Source: Flavobacteriaceae bacterium
GTDB lineage: Bacteria; Bacteroidota; Bacteroidia; Flavobacteriales; Flavobacteriaceae
Length of the DNA: 30,493 bases
NCBI GenBank assembly: GCA_027065775.1
Contig: JAMONN010000062.1
Coordinates: 1-30,493 of the forward strand
Direction: 5' to 3'
In this document: piece by piece, positions 16,119 to 25,906 of the stretch
Numbering within the stretch: position 1 is the first letter of the stretch
Layout: each line of letters starts with the position of its first letter
The notes under the pieces: model-generated
What the model was told of the DNA's origin: nothing
The model's database searches: none
The model's input: the letters and a program-made list of their open reading frames with translations, nothing else
Program-made: the position numbers and the translations under genes

Positions 16119-16497
16119 ATTTATTAATTTTAAAACAAATCCTTCATTTTAATTTCATTCTATTTTACTTTATTTCAAAAATGATAATTAGGGTTAAATG
16201 TACGGTTTTATTTTTAGGTAAAACTTGTTGTAAATGCTTACTTTTTTACAACAATAAAATAGCAGTTCTTAGGGCAAATTCATACTTTATTTTTTCTTTA
16301 TATTTCCACTTATTTTGCCACGAATGCACGAATAAAAAATTTAAAGATTTTGAAAATTTCCATTCTTTCTTAAAAATAATGAGAAAATTCGTGTACTCTT
16401 GGCAAAATAATAAGTTATGACTCTGCCTTTTAGCAGTTTCCCTTTATGAATTTTTGTATTTTCTTTATGTATCTTTGTGGCATAATTAGTTATTTCT

Positions 16498-17640
16498 ATG
16501 AACTATTACTCATCAAATTTTAAATTAGGCATTTTAGGTGGCGGACAATTAGGTAGAATGTTACTTACCGAAACTCAAAAATTCGACATTCATACTTGTA
16601 TTTTAGAAAACTCTAAAGATGCGCCATGTGCACAAATTGCCAATGAATTTACAGTTGGTAATTGGTCTGATTATGATGCTGTTTACAATTTCGGAAAAAC
16701 GGTTGATTTACTAACCATCGAAATTGAACACATAAATATTAAAGCTTTATTACAATTAGAAAAAGAAGGTCTAACTATTTATCCGCAACCAAAAGTTTTG
16801 CAGATTATTCAAAATAAAGGATTTCAAAAAGATTTTTACGCTAAAAACGGAATTCCAACTGCAAACTATAAAAGATTTACGAATAAAGAAGCTTTACAAA
16901 AAGCAACTCTAAATTACCCATGTATTTGGAAAACCGATACTTTTGGTTATGATGGTACTGGCGTTAAGAAATTAAATTCTATACAAGATGTAGATTTATT
17001 GCCAAATGTAAGTTGTATTGTGGAAGAAATTATTCCGTTTAAAAACGAATTAGCCGTAATTGTTGCTAGAAATTCTTCGGGAGAAATAAAAACGTATCCT
17101 GTGGTAGAAATGGAATTTCATTCGGAAGCAAATCAAGTAGAATATGTTTTATGTCCTGCAAGAATTTCTAAAGAAGTTGCCGAAAAAGCACAAAAAGTTG
17201 CATTACAAGTTGCAAATGCATTCAAACATGTTGGTTTATTAGCTGTCGAACTTTTTCAGACAGAAAATGATGAAATATTAGTAAACGAAGTCGCTCCAAG
17301 ACCTCACAATAGCGGCCATTTTAGTATTGAAGGCAGTTATACCAATCAGTTTGAACAACACATTAGAGCAATTTTAAATTTACCTTTAGGTGATACCGAA
17401 AATAAAGTTGCTTCGGTTATGGTAAATCTTGTTGGTAAAGAAAATCATGTTGGCAATGTACATTATAAAAACATGAACGATATTCTAAAATTAAAAGGAG
17501 TTACACCACATATTTACGGTAAAAAAATAACAAAACCTTTTCGGAAAATGGGGCATGTTACTGTTGCAGATAAAGATATAAATCAAGCAAGAAAAATTGC
17601 GGAGATTGTTAAAAATACTATCTCGGTGATTAGTAAATAA
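16498..17640 (+). CDS. purK: N5-carboxyaminoimidazole ribonucleotide synthase (ATP-grasp)
   Basis: 380 aa with GILGGGQLGRML and an ATP-grasp core. A -7 box TAtcTTTG lies at 16470-16477. Confidence 0.9.
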   Translation: MNYYSSNFKLGILGGGQLGRMLLTETQKFDIHTCILENSKDAPCAQIANEFTVGNWSDYDAVYNFGKTVDLLTIEIEHINIKALLQLEKEGLTIYPQPKVLQIIQNKGFQKDFYAKNGIPTANYKRFTNKEALQKATLNYPCIWKTDTFGYDGTGVKKLNSIQDVDLLPNVSCIVEEIIPFKNELAVIVARNSSGEIKTYPVVEMEFHSEANQVEYVLCPARISKEVAEKAQKVALQVANAFKHVGLLAVELFQTENDEILVNEVAPRPHNSGHFSIEGSYTNQFEQHIRAILNLPLGDTENKVASVMVNLVGKENHVGNVHYKNMNDILKLKGVTPHIYGKKITKPFRKMGHVTVADKDINQARKIAEIVKNTISVISK

Positions 17641-17693
17641 TATATCACAGAAAAAACAGTTTTATTAAAGTAATCTTATAAAGCATTTCTAAA

Positions 17694-18077
17694 ATGAAAA
17701 CATTTTTCAATAACAAATACATCCAACTAATTCCTGAAATTTCTCTACTAATTATTACTTTAATTTATTGGAATTCTAGTAGATTAATGAATCCGATAGC
17801 TTTTGTTTTTACTGCGATACTAATTTATATTTTGGTAACTAAAAACAAAATTGTAAGTTTAATATTCGCTGGTATATTTTTAACCTTAAGCTTGTATATG
17901 GTTCTTGCTTTTTTATCCGATTTTCATAAAATTGAAACTTTTGATGCACAAGCAAACAAATTCGTTTTGTATGGTGTTTTGTTTTTATTCTTTAGTATTT
18001 TAATGTCTACATTACTTATCTTAAAAAATGTAACGAGTACAACACCAATTACACAATTAAACAAATCAACGACTTAA
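17694..18077 (+). CDS. hypothetical integral membrane protein (4 predicted transmembrane segments)
   Basis: 127 aa and hydrophobic. No recognisable family. Confidence 0.4.
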   Translation: MKTFFNNKYIQLIPEISLLIITLIYWNSSRLMNPIAFVFTAILIYILVTKNKIVSLIFAGIFLTLSLYMVLAFLSDFHKIETFDAQANKFVLYGVLFLFFSILMSTLLILKNVTSTTPITQLNKSTT

Positions 18078-18085
18078 CCAAGAGA

Positions 18086-18886
18086 ATGAAATACCAAGGA
18101 GTTTTAAAAAAAATGTTGACTGAATTTGGTTCGCCAATTCAATATTATTTAGAAATGGCTACTGATTTTGTAAATGTAAATCAGTTATTAGATAAAGAAA
18201 TAGAAATTACTTTTGAGCATTATCAATGTTTAAATTGCGGTAAAGACAAAAAAATATTTGCGCAAGGCAATTGTTCTACTTGTTTTTTTAACTCTGCTAA
18301 AGTTGGCGACTGGATTATGAAACCAGAACTAAGTACTGCACATTTAGGTATTGAAGATCGTGATTTAGCCTACGAAAAACGTGTGCAATTGCAACCACAC
18401 ATTGTATATTTAGCATTGAGTAGCAATGTAAAAGTTGGTGTAACACGTAAACCGCAAGTGCCAACTCGTTGGATTGATCAAGGTGCTACAAAAGCGATTG
18501 CGATGTTAGAAGTACCAAACAGATATTTAGCAGGAATTGCCGAAGTTGCACTAAAAGAATTTGTAGCAGACAAAACTTCGTGGCAAAAAATGTTGAAAAA
18601 TGATGTAGTAGATGCCGATTTACTTGCCGAAATGCATAAATTATCCAAACATTTACCAGAAGAAACAAAACCTTATTTTTTAGAAAATAACGAAACTGTT
18701 TACACAATGGAATTTCCTGTTTTACAATATCCAACCAAAGTTAAAAGTATTAATTTAACGAAAATTCCAGAATTTTCAGGAAAACTAAAAGGCATTAAAG
18801 GACAATATCTTATTTTTGAAGATAATCGTGTTTTTAATGTGCGTAATAATAGTGGAAATGTGGTTAGTTTAGAAGTAAGAAATTAA
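18086..18886 (+). CDS. DUF2797-like zinc-ribbon protein
   Basis: 266 aa with CLNCG...CSTC cysteine pairs. Overall resemblance to the DUF2797 family. The assignment is made from memory. Confidence 0.4.
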   Translation: MKYQGVLKKMLTEFGSPIQYYLEMATDFVNVNQLLDKEIEITFEHYQCLNCGKDKKIFAQGNCSTCFFNSAKVGDWIMKPELSTAHLGIEDRDLAYEKRVQLQPHIVYLALSSNVKVGVTRKPQVPTRWIDQGATKAIAMLEVPNRYLAGIAEVALKEFVADKTSWQKMLKNDVVDADLLAEMHKLSKHLPEETKPYFLENNETVYTMEFPVLQYPTKVKSINLTKIPEFSGKLKGIKGQYLIFEDNRVFNVRNNSGNVVSLEVRN

Positions 18887-18956
18887 ATCATTTTAAGGTC
18901 ATATAAGATATTCCGAAAATGTATAATTTTGATCTATATAACCTTAAAGATCTTAT

Positions 18957-19604
18957 ATGGTAAATAAAATGAAAATACTATCCGTAAACATAGCAGAAAA
19001 AAGAGAAATAACCAGAAATGGTAGAACTCGTTTTACAGGTATCTATAAAAACCCTGTTAAAACCTCTATATATTTAGGTGAACAAGATGTGAAAAATGAT
19101 GCTGTTGTAGATAGAAAATATCATGGTGGAGAAAATATGGCGGTTTACGCTTATGGAAAAAATAATTATCCGTTTTTTGAAGAATTACATCCAGATTTAA
19201 AATTTACTAACGGAATGTTTGGCGAAAATTTAACCTTAAGTAATCTAAACGAAACCGAAATTAAAATTGGCGATACTTTTCGAGTTGGTGAAGCAATTAT
19301 TCAAGTTTCACAACCAAGATTGCCATGCGCTACTTTAGGTGTGAGGTTTGGTAGTCAAAAAATTGTAAAACAGTTGTTAAACACCTCTTTTTCAGGAATT
19401 TATTTTAGGGTTTTACAAGAAGGAAATGTCCAAAAAGATGACGAATTAACTTTGATTAAATCCGATGAAGATAGTATGACATTAGCAGCGGTTTTTTCGC
19501 TTTTTACCACAAATAAAAAGAATGAAAAAATGATAAAAAAAGCATTAAGTTTAGACCTACTTTCTGAAAGATTAAAAGGTGATATTAGACGTAAATTAAA
19601 ATAA
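18957..19604 (+). CDS. MOSC-domain protein (YiiM/YcbX-like)
   Basis: 215 aa with YHGGENMAVYAY and the conserved Cys in RLPCATLGVRFG, as in the MOSC beta-barrel. Confidence 0.7.
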   Translation: MVNKMKILSVNIAEKREITRNGRTRFTGIYKNPVKTSIYLGEQDVKNDAVVDRKYHGGENMAVYAYGKNNYPFFEELHPDLKFTNGMFGENLTLSNLNETEIKIGDTFRVGEAIIQVSQPRLPCATLGVRFGSQKIVKQLLNTSFSGIYFRVLQEGNVQKDDELTLIKSDEDSMTLAAVFSLFTTNKKNEKMIKKALSLDLLSERLKGDIRRKLK

Positions 19605-19635
19605 CATTACCTTTGTAGTATTCAAAACTATAATA

Positions 19636-19905
19636 ATGACAACAATAAATATATTAAACTTAAAATGTAATGGCTGCGCAAGTACCATTAAAAAAGGATT
19701 ACTTTCTATAGAAGAAGTTACCGAAATTGAAGTAACCTTAGAAAATTCAGAAATAAAAATCAATACAGTTTCCGATGAAGTATTTGCAAAAGTAAAAGCA
19801 AAATTATCGAAAATGGGGTATCCAGAAGTTGGCGATGCAAATACTGTCTTACACAAAGCAAAGTCTTTTGTTAGTTGTGCAACAGGTAAAATGAGTGCAG
19901 AGTAA
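19636..19905 (+). CDS. heavy-metal-associated (HMA) domain protein, CopZ-like metallochaperone
   Basis: 89 aa with a CxxC metal-binding motif (LKCNGCASTIKKGL) at the HMA position. Preferred over the antisense ORF at 19596-19910. Confidence 0.65.
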   Translation: MTTINILNLKCNGCASTIKKGLLSIEEVTEIEVTLENSEIKINTVSDEVFAKVKAKLSKMGYPEVGDANTVLHKAKSFVSCATGKMSAE

Positions 19906-19920
19906 TTCAAAATTTATAAA

Positions 19921-20217
19921 ATGGCTTCATTTAAAGAAATAATCAACCAAGACAAACTAGTTTTGGTTGATTTTTTTGCAGTATGGTGCGGACCTTGTAA
20001 AACAATGTCGCCAATTTTAAAAGAAGCAAAAGCACTTTTAAAAGATACAGTAAAAATTATCAAAATCGACGTAGATAAAAACACTTCGGTAGCAACAACC
20101 TATCAAGTTAAAGGAGTACCAACTTTAATTTTGTTTAAAAACGGAAAACAAGTTTGGCGACAATCTGGTGTCGTTCCTACACAGCAACTTAAAAACATTA
20201 TTGAATCTCACGTTTAA
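19921..20217 (+). CDS. trxA: thioredoxin
   Basis: 98 aa with the WCGPCK active site. Confidence 0.9.
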   Translation: MASFKEIINQDKLVLVDFFAVWCGPCKTMSPILKEAKALLKDTVKIIKIDVDKNTSVATTYQVKGVPTLILFKNGKQVWRQSGVVPTQQLKNIIESHV

Positions 20218-20332
20218 ACAACAATACATTAAAGTTTTAAACCAAGGTAACTATTATTACTAATAAATTGCGAAACTGTGCCTATTTTTGCAGCAGTTAA
20301 TTAAACTACTACTACTAAAAAAAACTATAGAT

Positions 20333-21664
20333 ATGGAAGATATGATCTTTTATGATCGTCTGCAATTTGCATTCACCATAACTTTTCACTACATATTTCC
20401 GCAATTAACTATGGGTTTATCCTTGATAATTGTTTATTTTAAATGGAAATATTTACGCAACAAAACAGAAAAATATAACGATGCTGCAAAGTTTTTTATG
20501 AAAATATTTGCCATTAATTTTACCATGGGAGTTGTAACAGGAATACCAATGGAATTTCAATTCGGAACAAATTGGGCGAAATTTTCTGAACTTACAGGCG
20601 GAATTATAGGACAAACATTAGCCATGGAAGGCATGTTTTCGTTCTTTTTGGAATCTTCGTTTTTAGCATTGTTCCTTTTTGGAGAAAAATTAATGGGACA
20701 AAAATTACATTTCCTCACAGGATTTCTAGTCTTTTTAGGTTCTTGGGCAAGTGGCTATTTTATTTTAGCGACCAATGCTTGGATGCAACATCCTGTTGGA
20801 TACGAAATTTTAGATAACGGAAAATTTGTACTAACGCATTTTTCAGAATTATTTAAAAATCCGTGGTTATTACCTGCTTTTTTACATAATCAAGCAGCAT
20901 CTTTAGTAACTTCTTCTTTTGTGGTTGCTAGTATTGGTACATTTTATGTCTTAAGAAAAAAACATATTGAATTCGGTAAACTATTTTTAAAAACAGGTGT
21001 TATTTTTGGATTAATTTCAACATTAGCGGTAGCTTTTCCTACTGGAGATTGGAATGCAAAAAATGTTGCAAAATACCAACCAGCAACTTTTGCTGCAATG
21101 GAAGGTATTTTTGAAACAGAACACGCAGGTTCAGAAATAGTGTTGGTTGGACAACCAAACATGGTAGAAAAAAAATTAGATAATAAAATTGCAGTACCAA
21201 ATGTGTTGAGTTTTTTAACCTATCAAGAATGGGATAAACAAATTTTAGGAATGGATAAATTCAAAAAAGAAGAATTGCCAGATAATATTCCTGCATTATA
21301 TTATTCCTATCATATTATGGTTGGTTTAGGAACAATTTTTATCGGTATTATGGCCTTAGCAGTTTTCTTTTTATGGCGAAAAAAACTATTTACAATAAAA
21401 CCTTTACTTTGGACTATTATGTTTCTTGTACCATTTCCTTACATCGCAAATATCACAGGTTGGTACGTTGCAGAATTAGGTAGGCAACCTTATTTAGTAT
21501 ATGGTTTATTAAGAACCAAAGAAGGCATTTCGCCAACAGTATCTTCAGGAAATACATTATTTACCTTATTAGGCTTTGTCGCTTTATACATGTTACTTGG
21601 TTTGTTATTTTTAGTATTAGTAGGTAAAACAATTCACCAAGGACCAAAACCTCAAAATCATTAA
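20333..21664 (+). CDS. cydA: cytochrome bd ubiquinol oxidase subunit I
   Basis: Haem-ligand region and Q-loop (GQPNMVEKKLDNKIAVPNVLSF). The start is placed at MEDMIFYDRLQFAFTITFHY. A -7 box TAttTTTG lies at 20283-20290. Confidence 0.9.
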   Translation: MEDMIFYDRLQFAFTITFHYIFPQLTMGLSLIIVYFKWKYLRNKTEKYNDAAKFFMKIFAINFTMGVVTGIPMEFQFGTNWAKFSELTGGIIGQTLAMEGMFSFFLESSFLALFLFGEKLMGQKLHFLTGFLVFLGSWASGYFILATNAWMQHPVGYEILDNGKFVLTHFSELFKNPWLLPAFLHNQAASLVTSSFVVASIGTFYVLRKKHIEFGKLFLKTGVIFGLISTLAVAFPTGDWNAKNVAKYQPATFAAMEGIFETEHAGSEIVLVGQPNMVEKKLDNKIAVPNVLSFLTYQEWDKQILGMDKFKKEELPDNIPALYYSYHIMVGLGTIFIGIMALAVFFLWRKKLFTIKPLLWTIMFLVPFPYIANITGWYVAELGRQPYLVYGLLRTKEGISPTVSSGNTLFTLLGFVALYMLLGLLFLVLVGKTIHQGPKPQNH

Positions 21665-21666
21665 CT

Positions 21667-22740
21667 ATGGAAATCTTTTGGTATTTATTAATAACACTAG
21701 TGTTAATCATCTTTTTTATTTTAGATGGTTATGATTTTGGCACAGGAATCATTCATTTATTTTTAGCAAAAAAAGAAAAAGATAAAGAAGTTATCGCAAA
21801 AGCAGCAGGTTTGTTTTGGGATTCTAATGAAGTTTGGTTTGTTGCTGCTGGAGGAATGTTATTTATGGCTTTCCCTACATATTATGCATCGGTTTTTAGT
21901 GGTTTTTATTTGCCATTAATCATTGTTTTATGGTTAATTATTTTTAGAGCTATTGGTTTAGAATTAAGAGCACAATTTCCGTACGAAATGTGGAAAAATA
22001 TTTGGGATAAAGCCTTCGGCGTGTCCAGTTTATTATTAGCATTGTTTTTCGGAATTGCTTTAGGAAATATAGTTAGAGGTGTAAATTTAGGCGGTTTTGA
22101 AAATGGTGTTTCTGCCTACGAAGCACATTATTTTTTCTTACCATTATGGAATAGTAGTTTTAGTCCGTTAGCAGAAAACCCAGGAGTAATTGATTGGTTT
22201 ACCATAATTATAGGTATTATTTCGGTAGTTACATTATCGTTACATGGTGCAAATTGGATTATCTTAAAAACGAACGCTTCCATAAACCAACAACTAAAAA
22301 AACTTGTTTTTAAACTAAGTATTGTACAAGCAATATTAACTTTTTTCTCTCTATTTATTTGGTTTAAAGTAAATCCAAATTGTTTTAACAATTTTTTAGA
22401 CAAACCGTATTTAGTAGTTTTTCCACTCATTTATTTTACAGGTTTAGTAGGTTTAATTTTAGTGAAGAAACACCAAAATTTTTCTAGGAATTTTATATTT
22501 TCAAGTTTATTGATTTTTGGAGGAATTGCGTCATCATTAGCATCTATATTTCCCGTAATACTACCATCTACAAATAACGTAAACGCACCATTAACCATTT
22601 ACAATACAAGCACAACTAATTATGGTTTATCGGTTGCATTAAATTGGGCAATTGTAGGAATTATTTTAATGATTGCTTATTTTATTATCCAAAAAAGATT
22701 GCGAAAAGGAAAAATAGACGAGATGGATTACGGACATTAA
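21667..22740 (+). CDS. cydB: cytochrome bd ubiquinol oxidase subunit II
   Basis: 357 aa polytopic membrane protein directly after cydA (2-nt gap), with CydB-like topology. Confidence 0.85.
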   Translation: MEIFWYLLITLVLIIFFILDGYDFGTGIIHLFLAKKEKDKEVIAKAAGLFWDSNEVWFVAAGGMLFMAFPTYYASVFSGFYLPLIIVLWLIIFRAIGLELRAQFPYEMWKNIWDKAFGVSSLLLALFFGIALGNIVRGVNLGGFENGVSAYEAHYFFLPLWNSSFSPLAENPGVIDWFTIIIGIISVVTLSLHGANWIILKTNASINQQLKKLVFKLSIVQAILTFFSLFIWFKVNPNCFNNFLDKPYLVVFPLIYFTGLVGLILVKKHQNFSRNFIFSSLLIFGGIASSLASIFPVILPSTNNVNAPLTIYNTSTTNYGLSVALNWAIVGIILMIAYFIIQKRLRKGKIDEMDYGH

Positions 22741-22750
22741 ATTTATAAAA

Positions 22751-23059
22751 ATGACAGAAACATTAATCTCATTAATTAGTATATTTTTTGGAATAATTAG
22801 CGCAAATCTAATGGGTTTTTTCTTTAAAAAATATTCTTTCGGTTATACAGGAAATACCATTTCAGGAGTTTTTGGAAGTATCTTTTTAATTAAGTCTTTT
22901 GGTAGTTTAGGAATTAATCCAACCATAATAATGCAAAATGGTACTGTCAACATAAATTTATTAATTTTAAATATTATGGTTTCTATTTTAGGAGGAATTA
23001 TGGCGTTAATTATAATAAGAAAATTTAAATTAATAATGAAAGTAAGATCTAAAGTCTAA
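22751..23059 (+). CDS. small membrane protein following cydB (possible accessory subunit)
   Basis: 102 aa with 3 hydrophobic helices. It starts 10 nt after cydB. Confidence 0.35.
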   Translation: MTETLISLISIFFGIISANLMGFFFKKYSFGYTGNTISGVFGSIFLIKSFGSLGINPTIIMQNGTVNINLLILNIMVSILGGIMALIIIRKFKLIMKVRSKV

Positions 23060-23112
23060 TTTTTTTTATAATTTTATAGTGTCCGTAACTTTTTAACGAA
23101 CCATTTCTAATA

Positions 23113-23748
23113 ATGGAAGTAAATTCAATTTTAAAAAATCAATTTGAAACCTTATCAACCTCATTTCCTTTAATTAAGGAAATAGGGGAAATTGCTACAT
23201 TACATCATTTTAAAAAAGATACTACGATTTTAAAAGAAAATAGTTATGTAAAGGTTGTGCCATTGGTAGTTTCGGGTTTAGTAAAAGTATATAAAGAAGA
23301 AGAAAATGGCAATGAGGTTTTACTTTACTATATAAAACCTGGTGAAAGTTGTATTATGTCTATTATGGCTGCAGAAAAAAATTTAAAAGTAAACGTAAAA
23401 GCAGTTGTGGAAGAAGATGCAACAATTATTGTAATTCCATCAGATAAATTATATCACTTACGTAAAAATTTCCCAAAATGGAATTTATATGTTTACGAAT
23501 TATTCAATGAAAAATTTGAAGAAGTTGTAGAAATGGTTAAGATATTAACTTTTTCGAATAAAGAAAAACGCTTAGAAGATTATCTTAAAAGAAAAGCAAA
23601 ACTTAATAACTCAAATATTATTGCTAAGTCACATAAAGAAATAGCAAATGAATTAGGATCTTCTAGAGAAGTGATTTCTAGACTTTTAAAAAAATTGGAG
23701 AAAGAAAAAAAAGTAAAACTTTCACAAAGACAAATAATAATTTTGTAA
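23113..23748 (+). CDS. Crp/Fnr-family transcriptional regulator
   Basis: A cNMP-binding-like beta-roll plus a C-terminal HTH (EIANELGSSREVISRLLKKLEKEKKV). Confidence 0.8.
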   Translation: MEVNSILKNQFETLSTSFPLIKEIGEIATLHHFKKDTTILKENSYVKVVPLVVSGLVKVYKEEENGNEVLLYYIKPGESCIMSIMAAEKNLKVNVKAVVEEDATIIVIPSDKLYHLRKNFPKWNLYVYELFNEKFEEVVEMVKILTFSNKEKRLEDYLKRKAKLNNSNIIAKSHKEIANELGSSREVISRLLKKLEKEKKVKLSQRQIIIL

Positions 23749-23938
23749 TTTCACCCATGTTGTAACATATATCACATCATATTTATTGAAGACAATTGTA
23801 CTTTTGTACTACCTTACTTAAATAAATTAAATGAAAAAATATATTGGCAGCAATATCATATTCATTATTTTATTTATTGAAAACAGATTCTTTTAAAATA
23901 GATTTATAAATAATTAATTAACCATTAAATTAAACATC

Positions 23939-24139
23939 ATGAAAAAAAATGTAGGAAGTATTGACAAAATTATTAGAATCATTATTGCTATTGTAGCAGG
24001 ATATTTTGCTTATAATGTTGGTTTTGAAGCTACTTGGGTAAGTTATGTATTATATGCTGTAGCAGCAATTATGCTTTTGACTGCGGTTGTAGGCACTTGT
24101 CCAATATATACTGCCTTAGGAATGAAATCTAACAAATAA
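23939..24139 (+). CDS. DUF2892 (YgaP-like) small membrane protein
   Basis: 66 aa. GSIDKIIRIIIAIVAGYFA...VGTCPIYTALGMKS matches the DUF2892 pattern. Confidence 0.65.
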   Translation: MKKNVGSIDKIIRIIIAIVAGYFAYNVGFEATWVSYVLYAVAAIMLLTAVVGTCPIYTALGMKSNK

Positions 24140-24283
24140 TTAATACCTATTAATTCAAAAAAACACTCAATAATACGGGTGTTTTTTGTGTTATAAATAC
24201 AAATTTGTAACTTTTGTAACAGTTTTGTAATTATATCTTTATATCTTTTCAGTCCAAAATAATTAACTCAAAAACAAATAAAA

Positions 24284-25597
24284 ATGGTAAAACATCATCA
24301 AATACTAATTATTGGTGGAGGAACCGCTGGAATAATGGTTGCTGCTCAAATGCTCAAAAAAAATCCAAAAACAGATATTGGTTTATTAGAACCTGCAAAT
24401 ACACATTATTACCAACCCGCATGGACTTTGGTAGGTGCAAATACTTACGATTACGATAAAACAGCAAGAAGTATGGCGTCGGTTATGCCTTCTGGTGTAA
24501 ATTGGATAAAAGAATTCGCAGATAAATTTGATCCTAAAAATAATAAAGTAACTACAAAAGATGGTAACGAATTTACCTATGATTATTTAGTGGTTTGCCC
24601 TGGTTTAAGAATGGCACCAGAATTAGTTGATGGTTTGATAGAAGCAATGGATAAAGGGGTTGTTTGTTCTAATTATACAGATCCAAATCATACTTGGGAT
24701 GTTCTTAAAAACTTTAAAGGTGGTACTGCATTATTCACACAACCAACTACACCAATTAAATGTGGTGGAGCACCTCAAAAAATAATGTATCTAGCAGAAG
24801 ATTATTTTGTTAAATCTGGTGTAAGAAGCAAAACAGATGTAGTGTTTGCTACTGCAGGATCTGTAATATTTGGTGTAAAACCAATTGCAAAAACTTTAAT
24901 GGAAGTTATTGATCGTAAAGATATAAATTTACGTTTTCATCATAAATTAGTAGCTGTTGATGGTGATAAACAAATTGCTTGGTATGAATTAGCAAAAGAT
25001 GTAACCGCAGGCGGATGTGTTGTAATGTCTGGTGATAATGAAGGATTATCTTTAGACGAATCTATTCAATATAACTATAAAGATGTAAAAGTTACTAAAG
25101 AAGGTAATCGTTTTGGAATTCATTTTGATATGATGCACTTAGCACCACCACAAGCAGCACCAAAGTTTATTGCAGATTCAGAATTATCTAATGATGCAGG
25201 TTGGTTAACTGTAAGTGATAAAACCATGCAACATACTGCATTTAGTAATGTGTTTGGTTTAGGTGATGTTGCACAATTACCAACAGCAAAAACAGGAGCA
25301 GCAATACGTAAACAAGTACCTGTTGTTGTAGGAAATATTTTACATTTAATTAGCAATAATTCTTTAGCTAAAAAAGAATACGATGGTTATTCTTCGTGTC
25401 CGTTAGTTACAGGTTATGGTAAAATGGTTTTAGCAGAATTTGTTTATGGTAGTAAATTTCAACCAGATCCAAAATTAAAACAATTTCCTTTAATGATTAG
25501 TGATTCTTCTAAAGAACACTGGCGTTTATGGATTCTTAAAAAGTACTTATTACCTTATTTATATTGGAATAAAATGATGAAAGGTATCGAAGTATAA
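24284..25597 (+). CDS. sqr: sulfide:quinone oxidoreductase-like FAD-dependent oxidoreductase
   Basis: N-terminal FAD motif ILIIGGGTAGIMVA. Conserved cysteines in contexts resembling SQR (PIKCGGAPQK and YSSCPLVTGYG). 437 aa. Confidence 0.6.
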   Translation: MVKHHQILIIGGGTAGIMVAAQMLKKNPKTDIGLLEPANTHYYQPAWTLVGANTYDYDKTARSMASVMPSGVNWIKEFADKFDPKNNKVTTKDGNEFTYDYLVVCPGLRMAPELVDGLIEAMDKGVVCSNYTDPNHTWDVLKNFKGGTALFTQPTTPIKCGGAPQKIMYLAEDYFVKSGVRSKTDVVFATAGSVIFGVKPIAKTLMEVIDRKDINLRFHHKLVAVDGDKQIAWYELAKDVTAGGCVVMSGDNEGLSLDESIQYNYKDVKVTKEGNRFGIHFDMMHLAPPQAAPKFIADSELSNDAGWLTVSDKTMQHTAFSNVFGLGDVAQLPTAKTGAAIRKQVPVVVGNILHLISNNSLAKKEYDGYSSCPLVTGYGKMVLAEFVYGSKFQPDPKLKQFPLMISDSSKEHWRLWILKKYLLPYLYWNKMMKGIEV

Positions 25598-25622
25598 TAT
25601 ATTAAAATGTTATTATAAACAG

Positions 25623-25650
25623 AAACCATCGCTAAAAGTGATGGTTTTTT
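25623..25650 (+). terminator. intrinsic terminator after the sqr-like gene
   Basis: aaaccatc / gctaaaagt / gatggttt followed by ttt. Confidence 0.6.
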
Positions 25651-25906
25651 GCTGTTTAGGTTTTAAATACTAAAAAAAGATTAATGATTGTTGATTGGAG
25701 ATTGGAGATTGAAGAATTTTTAAATTCCTGCTTCAAAATCAAAAATAAGTAAACAATTACCTTTAATAAAATAAGTCGCTAAATGATTTTAAATTAAGTG
25801 AAATACTAATCTCTAATTTTTATAACTGATCTTTTATCAGTTACGATTGGTCTTACATCTTACGTCTTAAAGCGGTCTTAAATCTTTATCAGACAATAAT
25901 TTAACT

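Noticed and set aside
16070-16420. 116-aa ORF in the proC-purK spacer
   Set aside because: The translation is extremely low-complexity and Phe/Leu-rich, it overlaps the proC start, and it sits in an AT-rich promoter region. Almost certainly non-coding.
16300-16497. ZTP (pfl) riboswitch upstream of purK
   Set aside because: The conserved GGGTCGTGAC...CCGGGC pseudoknot elements are absent. Only an unrelated CACGAA-containing inverted repeat is present.
19596-19910. 104-aa minus-strand ORF antisense to the HMA gene
   Set aside because: The plus-strand frame has a clear HMA CxxC fold signature. The antisense frame has no recognisable features.
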